Shown here in pieces: positions 34,289 through 42,300 of a stretch of DNA of 47,825 bases. Origin of the DNA: Candidatus Limnocylindrales bacterium (GTDB taxonomy: Bacteria > Chloroflexota > Limnocylindria > Limnocylindrales > CSP1-4); contig JBBSAS010000001.1 of the NCBI GenBank assembly GCA_038252055.1, positions 1 through 47,825 on the forward strand, read 5' to 3'. Each line of letters starts with the position of its first letter. Positions within the stretch are counted from its first letter, which is position 1. The notes beneath the pieces were generated by a model. It searched no databases. It saw only the letters and a program-made list of their open reading frames with translations, and was not told the origin of the DNA. The position numbers and the translations under genes were made by a program.

Positions 34289-35167
34289 CTACGAGCCGGC
34301 GCGGGCGACGAGGTCGGCCGCGGCGCCGATCGGGATGGCGAAGCCGATCCCCTGGCCGTCACCGGCCGAGGTGGCGATGATCCCGACGACGATCCCCGAG
34401 AGGTCGAGGAGTGGTCCGCCACTGCTGCCGGCGTTGATCGCGGCGTCGGTCTGGATGAGCTCGTCGAGGGCCACCCGTGTTCCCGTGGACGGGTCCGTCA
34501 TGTCGATCGAGCGCCCGAGGCTCGAGACGATCCCCGAGGTCACGGTGTCGGTGAACTCCCCGAGGGGGCTGCCGACCGCGACGACGCGTTGACCCACGAC
34601 CAGGGTGCTGCCGCTGGCGGCGAGGCGCGCCGGTGCCAGGCCGGTCGTGGCGGTTCGGAGCAGGACGAGGCCACGGGCAGGATCGCTGGCGACGACCTCG
34701 GCCGTGGTCTCGCGCTGGTCGGAAAGGAGGACCGCGTACGTCGTGTCGAGGGGGGCGGCGATCGCCGTGGTGAGGATGAGTCCGTCGGCGGAAACGATGA
34801 CGCCCGAGCCGCCCAGGATGGCCCGTCGGCGGGTCGCGACGTCGGAGATCGTGACGACCGACGCCTCGGCCGCGCCGGCGACCGCGACGACGGCGTCCTC
34901 CCCGACGACGGCCACCGTCGTGACGGCGGACGGTGGTTCGGTGGCCGTGACCACGGCGGCGGTTGGCAGCGGTCCGGCCGTGGGCGCCGTGACAAGGAGG
35001 AGGCCGGCAGTCCCGCCGCTCGCGAGGGCGGCGGAGAGGACCGCCGAGGCGAGGACCATCCCCGGGGAGACCCCGCTGGTGGAGCGCGTCCGCCGGCCCG
35101 GCGAAGGGGTTGCCGGGGTGGGGCCGGGCACGGGCGAGCCGGCCTGCGCCTGGGGATCAACGGTCAT
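34289..35167 (-). CDS. HtrA/S1C-like protein lacking the catalytic His and Asp and lacking a PDZ domain (pseudoprotease)
   Basis: ATG 35167 with GGAGAGAGG RBS and an N-terminal TM anchor. The fold blocks GSGVIVSADGLILT and TDAAINAGSSGGPLL are present. TNxHVV is TTAIAA and DxAxL is GLVLL. The whole 292-aa product contains no histidine. Confidence 0.75.
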   Translation of the reverse strand: MTVDPQAQAGSPVPGPTPATPSPGRRTRSTSGVSPGMVLASAVLSAALASGGTAGLLLVTAPTAGPLPTAAVVTATEPPSAVTTVAVVGEDAVVAVAGAAEASVVTISDVATRRRAILGGSGVIVSADGLILTTAIAAPLDTTYAVLLSDQRETTAEVVASDPARGLVLLRTATTGLAPARLAASGSTLVVGQRVVAVGSPLGEFTDTVTSGIVSSLGRSIDMTDPSTGTRVALDELIQTDAAINAGSSGGPLLDLSGIVVGIIATSAGDGQGIGFAIPIGAAADLVARAGS

Positions 35168-35210
35168 GCGGCCTCTCTCCGAGCGGATGTCGAGAACGTT
35201 CCCGCGAGCC

Positions 35211-36035
35211 TCACCATACGGTCGTATTCTGAAGTGCATCTGAAAACGGCGCGCCAGCGCGCCGCTCGGAGACCGTCGTGGCTCCGGCGAGCACCCCGCC
35301 GACCAGGTCCGACCAGGTGACGAGGCCCGCCTCGTCGATCGCGAGGACGCCGAACCCCTCTTGGCGCGCCACCCAGCCAGGGCCCTGGCCACCCATCGCG
35401 AAGGCCGCCGTGGCGTACGCGTCGGCGGTGCCGAGGTGGGGGCCGAGCACGGTGACGCTCACGAGGCCCGAGGCCCCGGCGCCGGTCCGTGGGTCGCGGA
35501 TGTGGCTCCCGCGCTCGTAGTGGCCGGACGTCGCGACGGCGTTATCGCGGATCTCGAGGACTGCGGCGAGGGCTCCGCGATCCCCGGGGTGGCGGATCCC
35601 GACCCGCCAGGGCATTCCCGGCTCGGGCTCGCCGCGGACGACCGCGTCCCCGCCCGCGTTGATCGAGAAGGCGGTCGCTCCCGCCGCCGCGAGCAGGTCG
35701 GCGGCCTCGTCCACGGCCCAGCCCTTCACGAAGCCCGATGGATCGAGCCCGCCGTCGGGGCGGTGCCGGCGGACGTCGAAGACGCCGTTGCTCGCCTGCC
35801 GGAGATCCTCGCAGGTCCGGAGGACGTGCCGCACGTCCGGGTGGCAGTCATCGAGGGGCAGCTCACCGCGATCGAGGCGGCGGATCTCGCTGTCGTCGCG
35901 GAAGGTGCTGAAGCGGGCGTCGACCGCGTGGAACCAGGCGACGGCGCGCTCGACGGCCGCGTCGATTGGACCATCGGCAGAGCGGACGTCGATCGAGACG
36001 ACCGTGCCCATCACCCGTTCCACGCGGGCTGCCAC
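35211..36035 (-). CDS. apbE: FAD:protein FMN transferase (ApbE)
   Basis: MGTVVSIDV..., DPSGFVKGWAVDEAA, AVATSGHYERG, TADAYATAAF are ApbE-typical blocks. Confidence 0.8.
   Translation of the reverse strand: MAARVERVMGTVVSIDVRSADGPIDAAVERAVAWFHAVDARFSTFRDDSEIRRLDRGELPLDDCHPDVRHVLRTCEDLRQASNGVFDVRRHRPDGGLDPSGFVKGWAVDEAADLLAAAGATAFSINAGGDAVVRGEPEPGMPWRVGIRHPGDRGALAAVLEIRDNAVATSGHYERGSHIRDPRTGAGASGLVSVTVLGPHLGTADAYATAAFAMGGQGPGWVARQEGFGVLAIDEAGLVTWSDLVGGVLAGATTVSERRAGAPFSDALQNTTVW
35227..35244 (-). promoter_or_regulatory. direct repeat TTCAGAT-N4-TTCAGAA (gene orientation) upstream of the pseudoprotease-RR-HK operon
   Basis: 11-bp periodicity, 60-77 nt upstream of ATG 35167. Overlaps the last codons of apbE. 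Confidence 0.5.
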
Positions 36036-36038
36036 CGG

Positions 36039-36584
36039 TCAGGAGCGGGCGGCGTCGAGGGCCGCCTGCAGGGACTCCTCGTACGCCAGGCTCGTGTACG
36101 TCGCCCCGGACAGGACGCCGACGTCGGCATGCTGGGCCTTGAGCGCGGCGCTCCGAAGGATCGGTTCCGCGCGACTGCTGATGTCCGCGGAGTGCCGGTC
36201 CCCGGTCGGCAGCTGGAGAGCGGCGATGTCCGTGATCGTCCCGCCCGAGATCGTGACCTGGACCTGCACCGGGCCGTACGGCGTCTGCGCCGCCGAGCCC
36301 GCGACCGTCCCGTCCCGGTAGCCGGCGGCGGGTGCCGCGGTGGCGGGAGCGGATGTGGCCGGGTCGGGCACCGCCGTCGCGGCGGGCGCGTCCACCGGCG
36401 GGTCGGAGGCAGCCGGGGCAACGCTCGGGCCGGGCGTCGCGGCCGCGACCGGCGCGGGACTCGCGATCGCTACCGGCCCCGCGGCGCTGGTGGCGACGGG
36501 CAGGTCGGTCGGCGTCTTGAAGGAGAGGAGAAGGGCGAGGGCACCGATCGTGAGGAGGATGGCGAAGGCGCCGCGTCTGGGCAT
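36039..36584 (-). CDS. exported FMN-binding domain protein (flavinylation motif SGAT present)
   Basis: N-terminal anchor MPRRGAFAILLTIGALALLL and a Pro/Ala linker. The FMN_bind-like C-terminus has VLSGATYTS (36099-36110), the [ST]GA[ST] site used by ApbE. Confidence 0.75.
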   Translation of the reverse strand: MPRRGAFAILLTIGALALLLSFKTPTDLPVATSAAGPVAIASPAPVAAATPGPSVAPAASDPPVDAPAATAVPDPATSAPATAAPAAGYRDGTVAGSAAQTPYGPVQVQVTISGGTITDIAALQLPTGDRHSADISSRAEPILRSAALKAQHADVGVLSGATYTSLAYEESLQAALDAARS

Positions 36585-36598
36585 GGTCAGCTCCGGGT

Positions 36599-38026
36599 TC
36601 AGTGGTTGAAGCGTTCGAGATGGATCTGGGCGCGTGGAACCCCGAGCGAGCGGAGGGACCGCTCGGCGGCGGCCATCATCGGGTGCGGGCCACAGAGGTA
36701 GACATCGCGTTCACGGAGGTCGGGGACGAGCCCCACCAGCGCGTCGGGGCCGAGGGGCTCCGCACCCACGCCGGGGTCGCCACGGTGGCCGACCAGGTAG
36801 TGGATCGTCGCGCCGCGGGCGCGGGCGATCGCGTCGAGCTCGTCGCGGAATACGACCTCGGCGGCATCACCCGCCCGGTAGACGAGGTCGAGCTCGCCCG
36901 GACCCGCGGGGAGGGACTCGAGGAGCGCACGGAGGGGAGTGATCCCAACGCCACCGGCCACGAGGAGGACGCGGCGTTGGGTCCGCCGCGCGCCCGTCAG
37001 GACGCCGTACGGCCCCTCGAGGAGGACGCGCGTGCCGAGGGGGACCTCCTGGAGCCGTCCGCTCGTCCAGTCGCCGAGGCCCTTCACGGTGAACCGGAGG
37101 AACCGGCCGTTCGGCGACGCCGAGAGAGAGAACGGGTGGGCCCGCCACCAGCCGTCGGCCGTGAGGAGGCGGACGTTGAAGAACTGCCCGGATCGGACGG
37201 CGAGCCGGTCGAGGTCGCGCCCGGTCACGTAGAGCGAGACGACGCGGGGCGCTTCCACGACCCGGTTGGCGATCACGAAGCGGTGCCGGATCACGAGCGC
37301 GGCCGGCTGGCCGAACCGGAAGGCAAGGACGAGGGCCGCCGTGATCGCGTAGAGGCTGATCCAGAAGGCCACCGCCACCGGATCCGCGATGAAGTCCGCG
37401 CCGCCGGAGAGCTGGTGGGCGAAGGCGAGGGCGATCCCGAGGTACGCGTAGAGATGGAGGCCGTACCAGGTCTCGTACGAGAGACGCCGCCGCGCGGCGC
37501 GGATCGAGCTGACCGTGACCAGGACGAAGAGGGCGAACCCGGCGCCGGCGAGGAGGACGAACGGATACGTCCCGAGGAAGGTGATCGTCTGGTCGACGAG
37601 GCCGCGACCGCTGCCGAGCGCGTACCCCGCGGTCGTCGCGACGACGTGGCCGCCGATGAGCCACGCGGTGGCGAACCCGAGCCAGCGGTGCAGCCAGGCG
37701 AGGCGGTCGGGTCCGATCACCTGGTCGAGGAAGGGGCTGCGGGACATCAGGACGAGCTGCAGCAGCGCGGCGTAGGTTCCGAGGAGGGCGGCGAGCTGGC
37801 CGGCCGCGGTGAGGATCCCCGCGGGAGAGCCGAGCTCGGCCGCGTTGCCGTGCCGGATCCACATGAGGACGATGAGCACCGCGATCCCGCTGGCGATCGC
37901 GCCGAGGTCGGCAGCGCGGATGGCCCACCGGCGGGGGAGCGGCAGCGGCCTGGCATCGGGAGCGGTGCCCGGCGCGGAGCGGACGGTGGCGCGCGGAGGA
38001 GCGGCGGGTCGGATCGCGTCGAGCAT
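36599..38026 (-). CDS. NOX-like ferric reductase: 6-TM di-haem domain fused to an FAD/NAD(P)H-binding domain
   Basis: ATG 38026 (MLDAIRP...). His pairs HRWLGFATAWLIGGH (13 apart) and HLYAYLGIALAFAH (12 apart). HPFS FAD motif, GGVGITP and CGP nucleotide motifs. Confidence 0.8.
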   Translation of the reverse strand: MLDAIRPAAPPRATVRSAPGTAPDARPLPLPRRWAIRAADLGAIASGIAVLIVLMWIRHGNAAELGSPAGILTAAGQLAALLGTYAALLQLVLMSRSPFLDQVIGPDRLAWLHRWLGFATAWLIGGHVVATTAGYALGSGRGLVDQTITFLGTYPFVLLAGAGFALFVLVTVSSIRAARRRLSYETWYGLHLYAYLGIALAFAHQLSGGADFIADPVAVAFWISLYAITAALVLAFRFGQPAALVIRHRFVIANRVVEAPRVVSLYVTGRDLDRLAVRSGQFFNVRLLTADGWWRAHPFSLSASPNGRFLRFTVKGLGDWTSGRLQEVPLGTRVLLEGPYGVLTGARRTQRRVLLVAGGVGITPLRALLESLPAGPGELDLVYRAGDAAEVVFRDELDAIARARGATIHYLVGHRGDPGVGAEPLGPDALVGLVPDLRERDVYLCGPHPMMAAAERSLRSLGVPRAQIHLERFNH

Positions 38027-38094
38027 CGGTCGTCCCTGCTGGCGGATGACGGAGGCACCCGGTGAGGCCCGGGACCCGGTGATCGTCGGGGGCG

Positions 38095-38113
38095 ATCCTG
38101 AAACCATCCTGAA
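38095..38113 (-). promoter_or_regulatory. direct repeat TTCAGGA-N4-TTCAGGA (gene orientation) upstream of the NOX-like operon
   Basis: The plus strand reads ATCCTGAAACCATCCTGAA. 11-bp period, about 70-87 nt upstream of ATG 38026. Confidence 0.55.
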
Positions 38114-38171
38114 CCCCGGCGACGACCCGCCCGTCTGTCCGGGCAGTTCCGACGACTTGTCCGCCGCGCGA

Positions 38172-38189
38172 TTCAGGACCCCTTCAGGG
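38172..38189 (+). promoter_or_regulatory. direct repeat TTCAGGA-N4-TTCAGGG upstream of the DUF5666 gene
   Basis: Same box family on the opposite strand of the divergent intergenic region, 86-103 nt upstream of ATG 38275. Confidence 0.55.
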
Positions 38190-38274
38190 TGGGAGGGCCA
38201 TCCTCGTCGCGTCGGGGTCCCTCCTTCCACGCCGACTCGCGTTCCATTCCGGGGAGGATCCAGGAGAAACCCAC

Positions 38275-39423
38275 ATGGACCAGGAACTGACGACGGGGGC
38301 CGACGAGCCGACCACCGGGGGCGGCCAGCCGACCACCGGGTCCGGCGAGCCAGCCTCGGGAGGTCCGGGCCGCCGGACCGTCGGTGTTGCGCTCCTCGCC
38401 GGGGCGATCGGCCTCGCGGCCTTCGCCGTCGCCTTCGCGGCCGGAAGTGGCACGCCGGCCCAACCTGCGGCACAGGAGGCACCGGCAGTCGGCGCGCCGG
38501 TCATCTCGACGACCGCCGGCTGGACCGCGCCCAGCAGCCGGCAGACCGGCGCCTTCGATGGCCGCGGCGGACCGGGCGAGGGCTGGGGGCGCCAGGGCAA
38601 CGCCACGATCTCGATCACCGCGATCGACGGCTCCAAGCTCTCGCTCCAGACCGACAACAGCTGGACCCGCACGATCGACGCGACGGGCGCGACCGTGACG
38701 AAGGACGGGAAGACCGTCACCACCTCCGCGCTGGTGGTCGGAGACCGGATCGCCTTCAGCGAGACCCGTAACGCCGACGGGACCTACAAGATCACGGCCA
38801 TCCAGGTGGTCCAGCCGACCGTCAGCGGCACGGTCGCCTCCGTCTCAGGGTCCACGGTCACGGTGACCACTCGCGACGGCGGGACCCAGAAGGTCGTCCT
38901 CACCGGCAGCACGACGTACCAGGTCGGCGGCCAGGCCGGGACGAAGGACGCGGTCGTGGCCGGCGCCGTCATCATGGCGAGGGGCACCCTCGCGTCCGAC
39001 GGCACGCTGACGGCGACCGCGATCACGGTGGCTCCGGCAACCGCTGCCGGGACGGTCAAGGAGAAGGGCGCCAGCTCGATCACCCTCACCCTCCGCGATG
39101 GCTCGACGCTCGTCGTGAAGGTCACGTCCGCCACCACCTACCACGTGGCGGGGATCACCTCGCCGACGCTCGCCGACGTCGCCATCGGGGCAACGGTCAC
39201 GGCCTCGGGCACGAAGAACGCCGACGGCTCCTTGACCGCGACGATCGTTCGCTCGCGGGCGGCCGGCCAGGACGGCGGCCCGGGCATGGGCGGCTGGGGC
39301 CGCGGCGGCCACGGGCGCGGCATGGGCGGGTGGGACGACGATGGGATGCCGGGCTGGCCCGGCGGGCCGGACGCGTCGCCGGCGCCCTCGATCGCTCCGT
39401 CGAGTGGGAGCACGAACGGCTAG
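38275..39423 (+). CDS. membrane-anchored DUF5666-like repeat protein with a Gly/Trp/His/Met-rich tail
   Basis: A TM segment (VGVALLAGAIGLAAFAVAFAA). Then three roughly 65-aa beta-rich repeats (e.g. VSGTVASVSGSTVTVTTRDGGTQKVVLTGSTTYQV... and AAGTVKEKGASSITLTLRDGSTLVVKVTSATTYHV...). The tail is GGPGMGGWGRGGHGRGMGGWDDDGMPGW. Confidence 0.7.
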   Translation: MDQELTTGADEPTTGGGQPTTGSGEPASGGPGRRTVGVALLAGAIGLAAFAVAFAAGSGTPAQPAAQEAPAVGAPVISTTAGWTAPSSRQTGAFDGRGGPGEGWGRQGNATISITAIDGSKLSLQTDNSWTRTIDATGATVTKDGKTVTTSALVVGDRIAFSETRNADGTYKITAIQVVQPTVSGTVASVSGSTVTVTTRDGGTQKVVLTGSTTYQVGGQAGTKDAVVAGAVIMARGTLASDGTLTATAITVAPATAAGTVKEKGASSITLTLRDGSTLVVKVTSATTYHVAGITSPTLADVAIGATVTASGTKNADGSLTATIVRSRAAGQDGGPGMGGWGRGGHGRGMGGWDDDGMPGWPGGPDASPAPSIAPSSGSTNG

Positions 39424-40346
39424 GACCGGGCCCCGCGCGGCCGATCGACGCCCGGGCGGGACCCGCTCCCACCCGGGCGTTCCTGTATCTCGCGCCCGAA
39501 TCGGCGGATCGTCGTGTTGAAGTCCGCGGGTCGATCCTCGTTGACGAGGTGGCCCGTGCCGGCGATCAGGTCCCTCCGCCCATCGGCGGCGACCGCGAGA
39601 AAGCTGTCCTCGTCGAGCCGGAAGATCGGGTCGTCCGCTCCGTTGAGGATGAGCGTGGGCCCCGGGTAGGCGGCCAGCCGCGGGGCAAACGACTGGCGCA
39701 GGGCCCACGCCGTCGCCCGCCCTCCGCCCTTGAAGAGCCAGCCCCGCGTCGCGGGCAGAGTGTTCGACGGTGCTCCGTGCCGGCGACGGCGGATCGGCAG
39801 CCTCGATCGGGTGAGGCGCTCGCGTCCGGCGCCGAGCAGGTACGACCCGACCGTTCCGGGTGCGTGGCGCAGGATCGTGCGGGGCTCGGCCGTCGCGTTG
39901 ACGAGGACGAGCCCCGTGACGAGCTCCGGGCGGCGCGCAGCCACGTCCATCGCCACGTAGCCGCCGAGCGACTGACCGACGACGGTCGCCCGGCCCCCCG
40001 TGGCCTCGATGACGGCCGCAACGAGGCCGGTTGCCCGCGTCATTCCGAACGGGACGTCGGCTAGGATGCCGTGCCCAGGGAGGTCGACGGCCACCGTGCG
40101 GAATTCGTCCGAGAGCCCGTCCACCTGGTGGCGCCACATCGCCCGTGTCCGGCGGGTGCCGTGGAGCAGAACGACGACCGGGGCGTGCTCCGGGCCCGCC
40201 ACCTCGGCGATCTGCTCGAGGGACCAGGTCGTCAGGCCGGACCCGTCGCGCAGCCCGCGACCGGCACGGTCCGGGCTAGTCGTGGCGGTCTCCTTGGGTC
40301 GACGCGAGCGAGACCCCCGGGCGCGCGGCATCGTCCTCGCCGGCAT
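39420..40346 (-). CDS. alpha/beta-fold hydrolase (start uncertain)
   Basis: VVVLLHG, nucleophile elbow GQSLGG, and a C-terminal GHLVNEDRP. The annotated start overlaps the upstream LemA fragment, so the true start is probably further downstream. Confidence 0.7.
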   Translation of the reverse strand: MPARTMPRARGSRSRRPKETATTSPDRAGRGLRDGSGLTTWSLEQIAEVAGPEHAPVVVLLHGTRRTRAMWRHQVDGLSDEFRTVAVDLPGHGILADVPFGMTRATGLVAAVIEATGGRATVVGQSLGGYVAMDVAARRPELVTGLVLVNATAEPRTILRHAPGTVGSYLLGAGRERLTRSRLPIRRRRHGAPSNTLPATRGWLFKGGGRATAWALRQSFAPRLAAYPGPTLILNGADDPIFRLDEDSFLAVAADGRRDLIAGTGHLVNEDRPADFNTTIRRFGREIQERPGGSGSRPGVDRPRGARS

Positions 40347-40701
40347 CGAAGAGCGGACGCGGGCGCCACCCGAACAGGGGAGCGAGGGCGACCGCCGGGA
40401 CCTGGGCGATCGAGGTGTTGTAGCGGAAGACTTGGTCGTTGTAGAGCTCGCGCCGATCGGCGATCTGGTTCTCGAGGCGCTCGATCTCGGCCTGGAGGCG
40501 GAGCACGTTCTCCGGGGAGCGAAGCTGCGGGTATCGTTCCGCGACCGCGAGGAGCGAGCGAACGGCTGCGGTCGTGGCCGCCGACACGGCTCCCTGCTCG
40601 GTCACGGGCGCCTCGGGCACGTAGGGCGCGCGCTGCCGGGCGACCTCCTCGAGGAAGCCCTGCTCGAAGGCCATCACATCTTGGACCGCGTCGACGTGCA
40701 C
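40276..40701 (-). CDS. LemA-family protein fragment (C-terminal two thirds only, no TM anchor)
   Basis: AVAERYPQLRSPENVLRLQAEIERLENQIADRRELYNDQVFRYNTSIAQVPAVALAPLFGW matches the LemA C-terminal region. The usual N-terminal TM helix and the RRxDLIPNLV block are absent. Confidence 0.55.
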   Translation of the reverse strand: MHVDAVQDVMAFEQGFLEEVARQRAPYVPEAPVTEQGAVSAATTAAVRSLLAVAERYPQLRSPENVLRLQAEIERLENQIADRRELYNDQVFRYNTSIAQVPAVALAPLFGWRPRPLFDAGEDDAARPGVSLASTQGDRHD

Positions 40702-40707
40702 GTCCCG

Positions 40708-41304
40708 TCAGCGACGAGGCCGGACAAACGCGGAGACGATCACCACCACTCCGAGGGCGACGAGCGCTGCCGCCGAGACGACGCTCCAGTCGACGTCGAA
40801 GCGATCGCCCACGAGGAGGTAGACCCCGAGGGCCACGAGGACGAGGCCTCCGATCACGCCGAGCCAGGGGTCGCGGGGCCGGCGCTCGTGCCGGTCGCGG
40901 GTCGTCCAGGCCGGGTCCGACCAGGACGCGGACGGTGGGCCGGGTGTTCCGGCGTCGTCTGGTCCCGTGCCGCTGGGGGGCGCCCACGTCGGCGACGTAC
41001 CCTCCCGCGGCGACGTGGAGGCGTTCGGGTCGCCCGACCAGCTGGACGGCGGCATCCAGCCCGGCACCGCGCCGGGTCCCGGAGCAGTCGACGGACGCGG
41101 ACCCGCGGACAGCCATGGCTCGTCCGGGACGATCGCCGCGAGGATGACGTAGAGGACGACGAGCGGGACGATGCCCGTCAGGAGGGCGACGACCACGTAC
41201 CCGGTCCGGACCAGGCTCGGATCGACCGCGAACCGGCGGGCGAGGCCCCCGCAGACTCCCGCGATCACGCGATCGTCGACGCTCCGGTAGGGCCGCTCGT
41301 TCAC
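40708..41304 (-). CDS. PspC-domain membrane protein
   Basis: RSVDDRVIAGVCGGLARRFAVDPSLVRTGYVVVALLTG is a canonical PspC domain. GTGA overlap with the upstream mini-gene. Confidence 0.8.
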   Translation of the reverse strand: MNERPYRSVDDRVIAGVCGGLARRFAVDPSLVRTGYVVVALLTGIVPLVVLYVILAAIVPDEPWLSAGPRPSTAPGPGAVPGWMPPSSWSGDPNASTSPREGTSPTWAPPSGTGPDDAGTPGPPSASWSDPAWTTRDRHERRPRDPWLGVIGGLVLVALGVYLLVGDRFDVDWSVVSAAALVALGVVVIVSAFVRPRR

Positions 41305-41429
41305 TGGCAGGCCTTGGTGGGCGCGTCGCGCGGGATCCAGCCCTGCGTCGCGGCGAGCGGGGCCCCGCCGAGGAGGACGAGGAAGACGCCCCAGTCGAAG
41401 AGCCGGCGATCGACCCAGGAGTTCTCCAT
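41301..41429 (-). CDS. 42-aa small membrane protein coupled to pspC-like gene
   Basis: MENSWVDRRLFDWGVFLVLLGGAPLAATQGWIPRDAPTKACQ. Its stop overlaps the PspC-domain start. Confidence 0.45.
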   Translation of the reverse strand: MENSWVDRRLFDWGVFLVLLGGAPLAATQGWIPRDAPTKACQ

Positions 41430-41586
41430 GGCGGGGTCAGGATACGCGGCTGTCGCGGTCATCGACGGCGCCGGCGCCGCGCCGCCCAAACGGCCGTCTC
41501 GACCGGGCAGCGCCCCGGCCGCGTGGTAGCCTCGCCCGGGTTGGGGCCAGGCGAGACGCGGGAGGATCCACTGTGGGGTTCGGGAG

Positions 41587-42300
41587 ATGGTGACCGGTCG
41601 AGTGGGGGAGGAGGCCGCCGACGACCTCCGATCGCTCGCCCGGGAGGCGCGCGCAGTGATCTTCGATCTCGACGGCGTGCTCGTGGACACGGAACCCTGG
41701 TGGCACGAGGTCCGGACCGCATGGGCGGCGGCACGTGGCCGGAGATGGACCGAGGCCGACAGCGCGGCCTGCATGGGTGGAAACTCGCGCGAGTGGGCCG
41801 AGGTGACGCGCGAGCGGATGGGAGTGCCCGATTCGCCCGAGGAGATCGAACGCGCGGTCGTTGCCGGCCTCGTCGAGCGGTACGGGGCGGAAGCGGCCCC
41901 GGTCGTGCCGGGGGCTCCTGCGGCCGCGGCCGCCATCGCCGCGCGGGTGCCCGTCGCAATCGCCTCGTCTGCCCATCGAGCGGTGATCCGGGCGGCGGTG
42001 GACGCGATCGGCCTCTCTGCGACCCTCGAGGTGCTCGTCTCCTCGGACGACGTCGCGACCGGCAAGCCCGCCCCCGACGTCTACCTCGAGGCCGCCCGCC
42101 GGCTGGGCGTCGAGCCGGGACGATGTCTCGTCGTCGAGGATTCGGCGAAGGGGGTGTTGGCCGGAAAGGCCGCCGGAATGCGGGTGATCCTCGTGCCGGC
42201 CGCGAGCGTCCCGCCCGGACCGGGAGCCGTGGAGGCGGCGGACGTGATCCTCGGGCGCCTCGCGGACTTCCCGGTGGACGCGCTCGCCGCGGGTTCGTGA
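41587..42300 (+). CDS. HAD-superfamily hydrolase (beta-phosphoglucomutase-like subfamily IA)
   Basis: VIFDLDGVLVDTE (motif I), IASSA (II), GKPAPDVY and VVEDSAKGVLAGKAAGM (III/IV). Confidence 0.8.
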   Translation: MVTGRVGEEAADDLRSLAREARAVIFDLDGVLVDTEPWWHEVRTAWAAARGRRWTEADSAACMGGNSREWAEVTRERMGVPDSPEEIERAVVAGLVERYGAEAAPVVPGAPAAAAAIAARVPVAIASSAHRAVIRAAVDAIGLSATLEVLVSSDDVATGKPAPDVYLEAARRLGVEPGRCLVVEDSAKGVLAGKAAGMRVILVPAASVPPGPGAVEAADVILGRLADFPVDALAAGS

